Shown one piece after another: positions 22,201 through 37,200 of a DNA stretch of 64,000 bases. The stretch lies in NCBI GenBank assembly GCA_030390025.1, contig CM059438.1:54438001-54502000 (forward strand), in the 5' to 3' direction. Within the stretch, counting starts at the first letter, position 1. The number at the start of each line of letters is the position of its first letter. Below the pieces are notes generated by a model. That model did not search any database and had not been told where the DNA came from. It was given only the letters and a program-made list of their open reading frames with translations. This stretch comes from Squalus acanthias (Eukaryota). The translations under genes and the position numbers were made by a program.

Positions 22201-25200
22201 TCCCAGTGATTGTGTTTAACCGCACTCCCAGTGATTGTGTTTAATCCCACTCCCAGTAATTGTGTCAAATCGCACTCCCAGTGATTGTGTTTAATCCCAC
22301 TCCCAGTGATTGTGTTTAATCCCACTCCCAGTGATTGTGTTTAATCCCACTCCCAGTGATTGTGTTTAATCCCACTCCAAGTAATTGTGTTTAATCCCAT
22401 TCCCAGTGATTGTGTTTAATCCCACTCCCAGTAATTGTGTTTAATCCCATTCCCAGTAATTGTGTTTAATCCCATTCCCAGTGATTGTGTTTAATCCCAT
22501 TCCAAGTAATTGTGTTTAATCCCACTCCCAGTAATTGTGTTTAATCCCACTACCAGTGATTGTTTAATCCCACTCCCAGTAATTGTGTTTAATCCCACTC
22601 CCAGTGACTGTGTTTAATCGCACTACCAGTGATTGTTTAATCCCATTCCAAGTAATTGTGTTTAATCCCACTCCCAGTGATTGTGTTTAATCCCACGCCC
22701 CGTAATTGTGTTTAATCCCATTCCCAGTAATTGTGTTTAATCCCACTCCCAGTAATTGTGTTTAATCGAACTCCCAGTAATTGTGTTTAATCCCACTCCC
22801 AGTAATTGTGTTTAATCCCACTCCCAGTGATTGTGTTTAATCCCACTCCCAGTAATTGTGTTTAATCCCACTCCCAGTAATTGTGTTTAATCCCACTCCC
22901 AGTAATTGTGTTTAATCCCACTCCCAGTAATTGTGTTTAATCCCACTCCCAGTGATTGTGTTTAATCCCACTCCCAGTGATTGTGTTTAATCCCACTCCC
23001 AGTAATTGTGTTTAATCCCACTCCCAGTGATTGTGTTTCATCCAACTCCCAGTGATTGTGTTTAATCCCAGTCCCAGTGATTGTGTTTAATCCCACTCCC
23101 AGTGATTGTGTTTAATCCCACTTCCAGTGATTGTGTTTAATCCCAGTCCCAGTGATTGTGTTTAATCCCACACCCAGTGATTCTGTTTAATCCCACTCCC
23201 AGTGATAGTGTTTAATCGCACTCCCAGTGATTGTGTTTAATCCCACACCCAGTAATTGTGTTTAATCGCACTCCCAGTAAATGTGTTTAATCGCACTCCC
23301 AGTAATTGTGTTTAATCCCACTCCCAGTGATTGTGTTTAATCCCACTCCCAGTAATTGTGTTTAATCCCACACCCAGTAATTGTGTTTAATCGCACTCCC
23401 AGTGATTGTGTTTAATCCCACTCCCAGTGATTGTGTTTAATCCCACTCCCAGTGATTGTGTTTAACCCCACTCCCAGTGATTGTGCTTAATCCCACTCCC
23501 AGTAATTGTGTTTAATCGCACTCCCAGTGATTGTGTTTAATCCCACTCCCAGTGATTGTGTTTAATCCCACTCCCAGTGATTGTGTTTAATCCCACTCCC
23601 AGTGATAGTGTTTAATCCCACTCTCAGTGATTGTGTTTAATCCCAGTCCCAGTGATTGTGTTTAATCCCACTCCCAGTGATTGTGTTTAACCGCACTCCC
23701 AGTGATAGTGTTTAATCCCACTCCCAGTGATTGTTTAATCCCGCTCTCAGTGATTGTTTAATCCCACTCCCAGTAATTGTGTCAAATCGCACTCCCAGTG
23801 ATTGTGTTTAATCCCACTCCCAGTGATTGTGTTTAATCCCACTCCCAGTGATTGTGTTTAATCCCACTCCCAGTAATTGTGTTTAATCCCATTCCCAGTG
23901 ATTGTGTTTAATCCCACTCCCAGTAATTGTGTTTAATCCCATTCCCAGTAATTGTGTTTAATCCCATTCCCAGTGATTGTATTTAATCCCATTCCAAGTA
24001 ATTGTGTTTAATCCCACTCCCAGTAATTGTGTTTAATCGCACTCCCAGTAATTGTGTTTAATCCCACTCCCAGTAATTGTGTTTAATCCCACTCCCAGTA
24101 ATTGTGTTTAATACCACTCCCAGTAATTGTGTTTAATCGCACTCCCAGTAATTGTGTTTAATCCCACTCCCAGTGATTGTGTTTAATCGCACTCCCAGTA
24201 ATTATGTTTAATCCCATTCCAAGTAATTGTGTTTAATCCCACTCCCAGTAATTGTGTTTAATCGCATTCCCAGTAATTGTGTTTAATCCCATTCCCAGTG
24301 ATTGTATTTAATCCCATTCCAAGTAATTGTGTTTAATCCCACTCCCAGTAATTGTGTTTAATCGCACGACCAGTGATTGTTTAATCCCACTCCCAGTAAT
24401 TGTGTTTAATCGCACTCCCAGTAATTGTGTTTAATCCCACTCCCAGTAATTATGTTTAATCGCACTCCCAGTAATTGTGTTTAATCCCACTCCCAGTAAT
24501 TGTGTTTAATCCCACTCCCAGTAATTGTGTTTAATCCCACTCCCAGTAATTGTGTTTAATCCCACTCCCAGTAATTGTGTTTAATCGCACTCCCAGTAAT
24601 TATGTTTAATCCCACTCCCAGTAATTGTGTTTAATCGCACTCCCAGTAATTGTGTTTAATCCCACTCCCAGTAATGTGTTTAATCCCACTCCCAGTAATT
24701 GTGTTTAATCCCACTCCCAGTAATTGTGTTTAATCCCACTCCCAGTAATTGTGTTTAATCGCACTCCCAGTAATTATGTTTAATCCCACTCCCAGTAATT
24801 ATGTTTAATCCCACTCCCAGTAATTGTGTTTAATCCCACTCCCAGTAATTGTGTTTAATCCCACTCCAGTAATTGTGTTTAATCCCACTCCCAGTGATTG
24901 TGTTTAATCGCACTCCCAGTAATTATGTTTAATCCCACTCCCAGTGATTGTGTTTAATCCCACTCCCAGTGATTGTGTTTAATCCCACTCAAAGTGATTG
25001 TGTTTAATCCCACTCCCAGTGATTGTGTTTAATCCCACTCAAAGTGATTATGTTTAATCCCACTCCCAGTGATTGTGTTTAATCCCACTCCCAGTAATTG
25101 TGTTTAATCCCACCCCCAGTAATTGTGTTTAATCGCACTCCCAGTAATTGTGTTTAATCCCACTCCCAGTAAATGTGTTTAATTGCACTCCCAGTAATTA

Positions 25201-28200
25201 TGTTTAATCCCACTCCCAGTGATTGTGTTTAATCCCACTCCCAGTAATTGTGTTTAATCCCACTCCCAGTAATTGTGTTTAATCCCACTCCCTGTGATTG
25301 TGTTTAATCCCACTCCCAGTAATTGTGTTTAATCCCACTCACAGTAATTGTGTTTAATCCCACTCCCAGTGATTGTTTAATCCCGCTCCCAGTGATTGTG
25401 TTTAATCCCACTCCCAGTGACTGTTTAATCCCGCTCCCAGAGATTGTGTTTAATCCCACTCCCAGTGATTGTTTAATCCCGCTCCCAGTGATTGTTTAAT
25501 CCCACTCCCAGTGATTGTGTTTAATCCCACTCCCAGTGATTGTTTAATCCCACTCCCAGTGATTGTGTTTAATCCCACTCCCAGTAATTGTGTTTAATCC
25601 CACTCCGTGATAGTGTTTAATCCCACTCCCAGTAATTGTGTTTAATCCCATTCCCAGTGATTGTGTTTAATCCCACTCCCAGTAATTGTGTTTAATCCCA
25701 CTCCCAGTAATTGTGTTTAATCCCACTCCCAGTAATTGTGTTTAATCCCACTCCCAGTGATTGTGTTTAATCCCACTCCCAGTGACTGTTTAATCCCGCT
25801 CCCAGTGATTGTGTTTAATCCCACTCCAGTGATTGTTTAATCCCGCTCCCAGTGATTGTTTAATCCCACTCCCAGTAATTGTGTTTAATCCCACTCCCAG
25901 TGATTGTGTTTAATCCCACTCCCAGTGATTGTGTTTAATCCCACACCCAGTAAATGTGTTTAATCGCACTCCCAGTAATTGTGTTTAATCCCACTCCCAG
26001 TGATTGTGTTTAATCCAACTCCCAGTGATTGTGTTTAATCGCACTCCCAGTAATTGTGTTTAATCCCACTCCCAGTGATTGTGTTTAATCCCACTCCCAG
26101 TGATTGTGTTTAATCCCACTCCCAGTGATTGTGTTTAATCCCACACCCAGTAATTGTGTTTAATCCCACTCCCAGTAATTGTGTTTAATCCCACTCCCAG
26201 TGATTGTGTTTAATCCCACTCCCAGTGATTGTGTTTAATCCCACTCCCAGTGATTGTGTTTAATCGCACTCCCAGTAATTGTGTTTAATCCCACTCCCAG
26301 TGATTGTGTTTAATCCCACTCCCAGTGATTGTGTTTAATCCACTCAAAGTGATTGTGTTTAATCGCACTCCCAGTAATTGTGTTTAATCCCACTCCCAGT
26401 GATTGTGTTTAATCCCACTCCCAGTGATTGTGTTTAATCGCACTCCCAGTGATTGTGTTTAATCCCACTCCCAGTGATTGTGTTTAATCCCACTCAAAGT
26501 GATTGTGTTTAATCGCACTCCAGTAATTGTGTTTAATCCCACTCCCAGTGATTGTGTTTAATCCCACTCCCAGTGATTGTGTTTAATCGCACTCCCAGTG
26601 ATTGCGTTTAATCCCACTCCCAGTGATTGTGTTTAATCGCACTCCCAGTGATTGTGTTTAATCGCACTCCCAGTGATTGTGTTTAATCCCACTCCCAGTG
26701 ATTGTGTTTAATCCCACACCCAGTAATTGTGTTTAATCGCACTCCCAGTAATTGTGTTTAATCGCACTCCCAGTAAATGTGTTTAATCCCACTCCCAGTA
26801 AATGTGTTTAATCCCACTCCCAGTAAATGTGTTTAATCCCACTCCCAGTAAATGTGTTTAATCCCACTCCCAGTAAATGTGTTTAATCGCACTCCCAGTA
26901 ATTGTGTTTAATCCCACTCCCAGTGATTGTGTTTAATCGCACTCCCAGTAAATGTGTTTAATCCCACTCCCAGTAAATGTGTTTAATCGCACTCCCAGTA
27001 AATGTGTTTAATCGCACTCCCAGTAATTGTGTTTAATCCCACTCCCAGTGATTGTGTTTAATCCCACTCCCAGTGATTGTGTTTAATCCCACTCCCAGTG
27101 ATTGTGTTTAATCCCACACCCAGTAATTGTGTTTAATCGCACTCCCAGTAATTGTGTTTAATCCCACTCCCAGTGATTGTGTTTAATCCCACTCCCAGTG
27201 ATTGTGTTTAATCCCACTCAAAGTGATTGTGTTTAATCGCACTACCAGTAATTGTGTTTAATCCCACTCCCAGTGATTGTGTTTAATCCCACTCCCAGTG
27301 ATTGTGTTTAATCGCACTCCCAGTGATTGTGTTTAATCCCACTCCCAGTGATTGTGTTTAATCCCACTCAAAGTGATTGTGTTTAATCCCACTCAAAGTG
27401 ATTGTGTTTAATCGCACTCCCAGTAATTGTGTTTAATCCCACTCCCAGTGATTGTGTTTAATCCCACTCCCAGTGATTGTGTTTAATCGCACTCCCAGTG
27501 ATTGTGTTTAATCCCACTCTCAGTGATTGTGTTTAATCGCACTCCCAGTGATTGTGTTTAATCGCACTCCCAGTGATTGTGTTTAATCCCACTCCCAGTG
27601 ATTGTGTTTAATCCCACACCCAGTAATTGTGTTTAATCGCACTCCCAGTAATTGTGTTTAATCGCACTCCCAGTAAATGTGTTTAATCCCACTCCCAGTA
27701 AATGTGTTTAATCCCACTCCCAGTAAATGTGTTTAATCCCACTCCCAGTAAATGTGTTTAATCCCACTCCCAGTAAATGTGTTTAATCCCACTCCCAGTA
27801 AATGTGTTTAATCGCACTCCCAGTAATTGTGTTTAATCCCACTCCCAGTGATTGTGTTTAATCGCACTCCCAGTAAATGTGTTTAATCCCACTCCCAGTA
27901 AATGTGTTTAATCGCACTCCAGTAAATGTGTTTAATCGCACTCCCAGTAATTGTGTTTAATCCCACACCCAGTAATTGTGTTTAATCCCACTCCCAGTAA
28001 ATGGGTTTAATCGCACTCCCAGTAAATGTGTTTAATCGCACTCCCAGTAATTGTGTTTAATGCCACCCCCAGTAATTGTGTTTAATCGCACTCCCAGTAA
28101 TTGCGTTTAATCCCACCCCCAGTAATTGTGTTTAATCGCACCCCCAGTAATTGTGTTTAATCGCACCCCCAGTAATTGTGTTTAATCGCACTCCCAGTAA

Positions 28201-31200
28201 TTGCGTTTAATCCCACCCCCAGTAATTGTGTTTAATCGCACCCCCAGTAATTGTGTTTAATCGCACTCCCAGTAATTGTGTTTAATCTCACTCCCAGTAA
28301 TTGTGTTTAATCGCACTCCCAGTAATTGTGTTTAATCCCACTCCCAGTGATTGTGTTTAATCCCACTCCCAGTAATTGTGTTTAATCGCACTCCCAGTAA
28401 TTGTGTTTAATCGCACTCCCAGTAATTGTGTTTAATCCCACTCCCAGTAATTGTGTTTAATCCCACTCCCAGTGATTGTGTTTAATCCCACTCCAGTAAT
28501 TGTGTTTAATCGCACTCCCAGTAATTGTGTTTAATCCCACTCCCAGTAATTGTGTTTAATCCCACTCACAGTAATTGTGTTTAATCCCACTCCCAGTGAT
28601 TGTTTTAATCCCGCTCCCAGTGATTGTGTTTAATCCCACTCCCAGTGACTGTTTAATCCCGCTCCCAGAGATTGTGTTTAATCCCACTCCCAGTGATTGT
28701 TTAATCCCGCTCCCAGTGATTGTTTAATCCCACTCCCAGTGATTGTGTTTAATCCCACTCCCAGTGATTGTTTAATCCCACTCCCAGTGATTGTGTTTAA
28801 TCCCACTCCCAGTAATTGTGTTTAATCCCACTCCGTGATAGTGTTTAATCCCACTCCCAGTAATTGTGTTTAATCCCATTCCCAGTGATTGTGTTTAATC
28901 CCACTCCCAGTAATTGTGTTTAATCCCACTCCCAGTAATTGTGTTTAATCCCACTCCCAGTAATTGTGTTTAATCCCACTCCCAGTGATTGTGTTTAATC
29001 CCACTCCCAGTGACTGTTTAATCCCGCTCCCAGTGATTGTGTTTAATCCCACTCCCAGTGATTGTTTAATCCCGCTCCCAGTGATTGTTTAATCCCACTC
29101 CCAGTAATTGTGTTTAATCCCACTCCCAGTGATTGTGTTTAATCCCACTCCCAGTGATTGTGTTTAATCCCACACCCAGTAAATGTGTTTAATCGCACTC
29201 CCAGTAATTGTGTTTAATCCCACTCCCAGTGATTGTGTTTAATCCAACTCCCAGTGATTGTGTTTAATCGCACTCCCAGTAATTGTGTTTAATCCCACTC
29301 CCAGTGATTGTGTTTAATCCCACTCCCAGTGATTGTGTTTAATCCCACTCCCAGTGATTGTGTTTAATCCCACACCCAGTAATTGTGTTTAATCCCACTC
29401 CCAGTAATTGTGTTTAATCCCACTCCCAGTGATTGTGTTTAATCCCACTCCCAGTGATTGTGTTTAATCCCACTCCCAGTGATTGTGTTTAATCGCACTC
29501 CCAGTAATTGTGTTTAATCCCACTCCCAGTGATTGTGTTTAATCCCACTCCCAGTGATTGTGTTTAATCCCACTCAAAGTGATTGTGTTTAATCGCACTC
29601 CCAGTAATTGTGTTTACTCCCACTCCCAGTGATTGTGTTTAATCCCACTCCCAGTGATTGTGTTTAATCGCACTCCCAGTGATTGTGTTTAATCCCACTC
29701 CCAGTGATTGTGTTTAATCCCACTCAAAGTGATTGTGTTTAATCGCACTCCCAGTAATTGTGTTTAATCCCACTCCCAGTGATTGTGTTTAATCCCACTC
29801 CCAGTGATTGTGTTTAATCGCACTCCCAGTGATTGTGTTTAATCCCACTCCCACTGATTGTGTTTAATCGCACTCCCAGTGATTGTGTTTAATCCCACTC
29901 CCAGTAATTGTGTTTAATCGCACTCCCAGTAATTATGTTTAATCCCACTCCCAGTAATTGTGTTTAATCGCACTCCCAGTAATTGTGTTTAATCCCACTC
30001 CCAGTAATTGTGTTTAATCCCACTCCCAGTAATTGTGTTTAATCCCACTCCCAGTAATTGTGTTTAATCCCACTCCCAGTAATTGTGTTTAATCGCACTC
30101 CCAGTAATTATGTTTAATCCCACTCCCAGTAATTATGTTTAATCCCACTCCCAGTAATTGTGTTTAATCCCACTCCCAGTAATTGTGTTTAATCCCACTC
30201 CCAGTAATTGTGTTTAATCCCACTCCCAGTGATTGTGTTTAATCGCACTCCCAGTAATTATGTTTAATCCCACTCCCAGTGATTGTGTTTAATCCCACTC
30301 CCAGTGATTGTGTTTAATCCCACTCAAAGTGATTGTGTTTAATCCCACTCCCAGTGATTGTGTTTAATCCCACTCAAAGTGATTATGTTTAATCCCACTC
30401 CCAGTGATTGTGTTTAATCCCACTCCCAGTAATTGTGTTTAATCCCACCCCCAGTAATTGTGTTTAATCGCACTCCCAGTAATTGTGTTTAATCCCACTC
30501 CCAGTAAATGTGTTTAATTGCACTCCCAGTAATTATGTTTAATCCCACTCCCAGTGATTGTGTTTAATCCCACTCCCAGTAATTGTGTTTAATCCCACTC
30601 CCAGTAATTGTGTTTAATCCCACTCCCTGTGATTGTGTTTAATCCCACTCCCAGTAATTGTGTTTAATCCCACTCACAGTAATTGTGTTTAATCCCACTC
30701 CCAGTGATTGTTTAATCCCGCTCCCAGTGATTGTGTTTAATCCCACTCCCAGTGACTGTTTAATCCCGCTCCCAGAGATTGTGTTTAATCCCACTCCCAG
30801 TGATTGTTTAATCCCGCTCCCAGTGATTGTTTAATCCCACTCCCAGTGATTGTGTTTAATCCCACTCCCAGTGATTGTTTAATCCCACTCCCAGTGATTG
30901 TGTTTAATCCCACTCCCAGTAATTGTGTTTAATCCCACTCCGTGATAGTGTTTAATCCCACTCCCAGTAATTGTGTTTAATCCCATTCCCAGTGATTGTG
31001 TTTAATCCCACTCCCAGTAATTGTGTTTAATCCCACTCCCAGTAATTGTGTTTAATCCCACTCCCAGTAATTGTGTTTAATCCCACTCCCAGTGATTGTG
31101 TTTAATCCCACTCCCAGTGACTGTTTAATCCCGCTCCCAGTGATTGTGTTTAATCCCACTCCCAGTGATTGTTTAATCCCGCTCCCAGTGATTGTTTAAT

Positions 31201-34200
31201 CCCACTCCCAGTAATTGTGTTTAATCCCACTCCCAGTGATTGTGTTTAATCCCACTCCCAGTGATTGTGTTTAATCCCACACCCAGTAAATGTGTTTAAT
31301 CGCACTCCCAGTAATTGTGTTTAATCCCACTCCCAGTGATTGTGTTTAATCCAACTCCCAGTGATTGTGTTTAATCGCACTCCCAGTAATTGTGTTTAAT
31401 CCCACTCCCAGTGATTGTGTTTAATCCCACTCCCAGTGATTGTGTTTAATCCCACTCCCAGTGATTGTGTTTAATCCCACACCCAGTAATTGTGTTTAAT
31501 CCCACTCCCAGTAATTGTGTTTAATCCCACTCCCAGTGATTGTGTTTAATCCCACTCCCAGTGATTGTGTTTAATCCCACTCCCAGTGATTGTGTTTAAT
31601 CGCACTCCCAGTAATTGTGTTTAATCCCACTCCCAGTGATTGTGTTTAATCCCACTCCCAGTGATTGTGTTTAATCCCACTCAAAGTGATTGTGTTTAAT
31701 CGCACTCCCAGTAATTGTGTTTAATCCCACTCCCAGTGATTGTGTTTAATCCCACTCCCAGTGATTGTGTTTAATCGCACTCCCAGTGATTGTGTTTAAT
31801 CCCACTCCCAGTGATTGTGTTTAATCCCACTCAAAGTGATTGTGTTTAATCGCACTCCCAGTAATTGTGTTTAATCCCACTCCCAGTGATTGTGTTTAAT
31901 CCCACTCCCAGTGATTGTGTTTAATCGCACTCCCAGTGATTGCGTTTAATCCCACTCCCAGTGATTGTGTTTAATCGCACTCCCAGTGATTGTGTTTAAT
32001 CGCACTCCCAGTGATTGTGTTTAATCCCACTCCCAGTGATTGTGTTTAATCCCACACCCAGTAATTGTGTTTAATCGCACTCCCAGTAATTGTGTTTAAT
32101 CGCACTCCCAGTAAATGTGTTTAATCCCACTCCCAGTAAATGTGTTTAATCCCACTCCCAGTAAATGTGTTTAATCCCACTCCCAGTAAATGTGTTTAAT
32201 CCCACTCCCAGTAAATGTGTTTAATCGCACTCCCAGTAATTGTGTTTAATCCCACTCCCAGTGATTGTGTTTAATCGCACTCCCAGTAAATGTGTTTAAT
32301 CCCACTCCCAGTAAATGTGTTTAATCGCACTCCCAGTAAATGTGTTTAATCGCACTCCCAGTAATTGTGTTTAATCCCACTCCCAGTGATTGTGTTTAAT
32401 CCCACTCCCAGTGATTGTGTTTAATCCCACTCCCAGTGATTGTGTTTAATCCCACACCCAGTAATTGTGTTTAATCGCACTCCCAGTAATTGTGTTTAAT
32501 CCCACTCCCAGTGATTGTGTTTAATCCCACTCCCAGTGATTGTGTTTAATCCCACTCAAAGTGATTGTGTTTAATCGCACTACCAGTAATTGTGTTTAAT
32601 CCCACTCCCAGTGATTGTGTTTAATCCCACTCCCAGTGATTGTGTTTAATCGCACTCCCAGTGATTGTGTTTAATCCCACTCCCAGTGATTGTGTTTAAT
32701 CCCACTCAAAGTGATTGTGTTTAATCCCACTCAAAGTGATTGTGTTTAATCGCACTCCCAGTAATTGTGTTTAATCCCACTCCCAGTGATTGTGTTTAAT
32801 CCCACTCCCAGTGATTGTGTTTAATCGCACTCCCAGTGATTGTGTTTAATCCCACTCTCAGTGATTGTGTTTAATCGCACTCCCAGTGATTGTGTTTAAT
32901 CGCACTCCCAGTGATTGTGTTTAATCCCACTCCCAGTGATTGTGTTTAATCCCACACCCAGTAATTGTGTTTAATCGCACTCCCAGTAATTGTGTTTAAT
33001 CGCACTCCCAGTAAATGTGTTTAATCCCACTCCCAGTAAATGTGTTTAATCCCACTCCCAGTAAATGTGTTTAATCCACTCCCAGTAAATGTGTTTAATC
33101 CCACTCCCAGTAAATGTGTTTAATCCCACTCCCAGTAAATGTGTTTAATCGCACTCCCAGTAATTGTGTTTAATCCCACTCCCAGTGATTGTGTTTAATC
33201 GCACTCCCAGTAAATGTGTTTAATCCCACTCCCAGTAAATGTGTTTAATCGCACTCCCAGTAAATGTGTTTAATCGCACTCCCAGTAATTGTGTTTAATC
33301 CCACACCCAGTAATTGTGTTTAATCCCACTCCCAGTAAATGGGTTTAATCGCACTCCCAGTAAATGTGTTTAATCGCACTCCCAGTAATTGTGTTTAATG
33401 CCACCCCCAGTAATTGTGTTTAATCGCACTCCCAGTAATTGCGTTTAATCCCACCCCCAGTAATTGTGTTTAATCGCACCCCCAGTAATTGTGTTTAATC
33501 GCACCCCCAGTAATTGTGTTTAATCGCACTCCCAGTAATTGCGTTTAATCCCACCCCCAGTAATTGTGTTTAATCGCACCCCCAGTAATTGTGTTTAATC
33601 GCACTCCCAGTAATTGTGTTTAATCTCACTCCCAGTAATTGTGTTTAATCGCACTCCCAGTAATTGTGTTTAATCCCACTCCCAGTGATTGTGTTTAATC
33701 CCACTCCCAGTAATTGTGTTTAATCGCACTCCCAGTAATTGTGTTTAATCGCACTCCCAGTAATTGTGTTTAATCCCACTCCCAGTAATTGTGTTTAATC
33801 CCACTCCCAGTGATTGTGTTTAATCCCACTCCCAGTAATTGTGTTTAATCGCACTCCCAGTAATTGTGTTTAATCCCACTCCCAGTAATTGTGTTTAATC
33901 CCACTCACAGTAATTGTGTTTAATCCCACTCCCAGTGATTGTTTAATCCCGCTCCCAGTGATTGTGTTTAATCCCACTCCCAGTGACTGTTTAATCCCGC
34001 TCCCAGAGATTGTGTTTAATCCCACTCCCAGTGATTGTTTAATCCCGCTCCCAGTGATTGTTTAATCCCACTCCCAGTGATTGTGTTTAATCCCACTCCC
34101 AGTGATTGTTTAATCCCACTCCCAGTGATTGTGTTTAATCCCACTCCCAGTAATTGTGTTTAATCCCACTCCGTGATAGTGTTTAATCCCACTCCCAGTA

Positions 34201-37200
34201 ATTGTGTTTAATCCCATTCCCAGTGATTGTGTTTAATCCCACTCCCAGTAATTGTGTTTAATCCCACTCCCAGTAATTGTGTTTAATCCCACTCCCAGTA
34301 ATTGTGTTTAATCCACTCCCAGTGATTGTGTTTAATCCCACTCCCAGTGACTGTTTAATCCCGCTCCCAGTGATTGTGTTTAATCCCACTCCCAGTGATT
34401 GTTTAATCCCGCTCCCAGTGATTGTTTAATCCCACTCCCAGTAATTGTGTTTAATCCCACTCCCAGTGATTGTGTTTAATCCCACTCCCAGTGATTGTGT
34501 TTAATCCCACACCCAGTAAATGTGTTTAATCGCACTCCCAGTAATTGTGTTTAATCCCACTCCCAGTGATTGTGTTTAATCCAACTCCCAGTGATTGTGT
34601 TTAATCGCACTCCCAGTAATTGTGTTTAATCCCACTCCCAGTGATTGTGTTTAATCCCACTCCCAGTGATTGTGTTTAATCCCACTCCCAGTGATTGTGT
34701 TTAATCCCACACCCAGTAATTGTGTTTAATCCCACTCCCAGTAATTGTGTTTAATCCCACTCCCAGTGATTGTGTTTAATCCCACTCCCAGTGATTGTGT
34801 TTAATCCCACTCCCAGTGATTGTGTTTAATCGCACTCCCAGTAATTGTGTTTAATCCCACTCCCAGTGATTGTGTTTAATCCCACTCCCAGTGATTGTGT
34901 TTAATCCCACTCAAAGTGATTGTGTTTAATCGCACTCCCAGTAATTGTGTTTACTCCCACTCCCAGTGATTGTGTTTAATCCCACTCCCAGTGATTGTGT
35001 TTAATCGCACTCCCAGTGATTGTGTTTAATCCCACTCCCAGTGATTGTGTTTAATCCCACTCAAAGTGATTGTGTTTAATCGCACTCCCAGTAATTGTGT
35101 TTAATCCCACTCCCAGTGATTGTGTTTAATCCCACTCCCAGTGATTGTGTTTAATCGCACTCCCAGTGATTGTGTTTAATCCCACTCCCAGTGATTGTGT
35201 TTAATCGCACTCCCAGTGATTGTGTTTAATCGCACTCCCAGTGATTGTGTTTAATCCCACTCCCAGTGATTGTGTTTAATCCCACACCCAGTAATTGTGT
35301 TTAATCGCACTCCCAGTAATTGTGTTTAATCCCACTCCCAGTGATTGTGTTTAATCCCACTCCCAGTAATTGTGTTTAATCCCACCCCCAGTAATTGTGT
35401 TTAATCGCACTCCCAGTAATTGTGTTTAATCCCACTCCCAGTAAATGTGTTTAATTGCACTCCCAGTAATTATGTTTAATCCCACTCCCAGTGATTGTGT
35501 TTAATCCCACTCCCAGTAATTGTGTTTAATCCCACTCCCAGTAATTGTGTTTAATCCCACTCCCTGTGATTGTGTTTAATCCCACTCCCAGTAATTGTGT
35601 TTAATCCCACTCACAGTGATTGTGTTTAATCCCACTCCCAGTGATTGTTTAATCCCGCTCCCAGTGATTGTGTTTAATCCCACTCCCAGTGACTGTTTAA
35701 TCCCGCTCCCAGAGATTGTGTTTAATCCCACTCCCAGTGATTGTTTAATCCCGCTCCCAGTGATTGTTTAATCCCACTCCCAGTGATTGTGTTTAATCCC
35801 ACTCCCAGTGATTGTTTAATCCCACTCCCAGTGATTGTGTTTAATCCCACTCCCAGTAATTGTGTTTAATCCCACTCCGTGATAGTGTTTAATCCCACTC
35901 CCAGTAATTGTGTTTAATCCCATTCCCAGTGATTGTGTTTAATCCCACTCCCAGTAATTGTGTTTAATCCCACTCCCAGTAATTGTGTTTAATCCCACTC
36001 CCAGTAATTGTGTTTAATCCCACTCCCAGTGATTGTGTTTAATCCCACTCCCAGTGACTGTTTAATCCCGCTCCCAGTGATTGTGTTTAATCCCACTCCC
36101 AGTGATTGTTTAATCCCGCTCCCAGTGATTGTTTAATCCCACTCCCAGTAATTGTGTTTAATCCCACTCCCAGTGATTGTGTTTAATCCCACTCCCAGTG
36201 ATTGTGTTTAATCCCACACCCAGTAAATGTGTTTAATCGCACTCCCAGTAATTGTGTTTAATCCCACTCCCAGTGATTGTGTTTAATCCAACTCCCAGTG
36301 ATTGTGTTTAATCGCACTCCCAGTAATTGTGTTTAATCCCACTCCCAGTGATTGTGTTTAATCCCACTCCCAGTGATTGTGTTTAATCCCACTCCCAGTG
36401 ATTGTGTTTAATCCCACACCCAGTAATTGTGTTTAATCCCACTCCCAGTAATTGTGTTTAATCCCACTCCCAGTGATTGTGTTTAATCCCACTCCCAGTG
36501 ATTGTGTTTAATCCCACTCCCAGTGATTGTGTTTAATCGCACTCCCAGTAATTGTGTTTAATCCCACTCCCAGTGATTGTGTTTAATCCCACTCCCAGTG
36601 ATTGTGTTTAATCCCACTCAAAGTGATTGTGTTTAATCGCACTCCCAGTAATTGTGTTTAATCCCACTCCCAGTGATTGTGTTTAATCCCACTCCCAGTG
36701 ATTGTGTTTAATCGCACTCCCAGTGATTGTGTTTAATCCCACTCCCAGTGATTGTGTTTAATCCCACTCAAAGTGATTGTGTTTAATCGCACTCCCAGTA
36801 ATTGTGTTTAATCCCACTCCCAGTGATTGTGTTTAATCCCACTCCCAGTGATTGTGTTTAATCGCACTCCCAGTGATTGTGTTTAATCCCACTCCCACTG
36901 ATTGTGTTTAATCGCACTCCCAGTGATTGTGTTTAATCGCACTCCCAGTGATTGTGTTTAATCCCACTCCCAGTGATTGTGTTTAATCCCACACCCAGTA
37001 ATTGTGTTTAATCGCACTCCCAGTAATTGTGTTTAATCCCACTCCCAGTGATTGTGTTTAATCCCACTCCCAGTAATTGTGTTTAATCCCACCCCCAGTA
37101 ATTGTGTTTAATCGCACTCCCAGTAATTGTGTTTAATCCCACTCCCAGTAAATGTGTTTAATTGCACTCCCAGTAATTATGTTTAATCCCACTCCCAGTG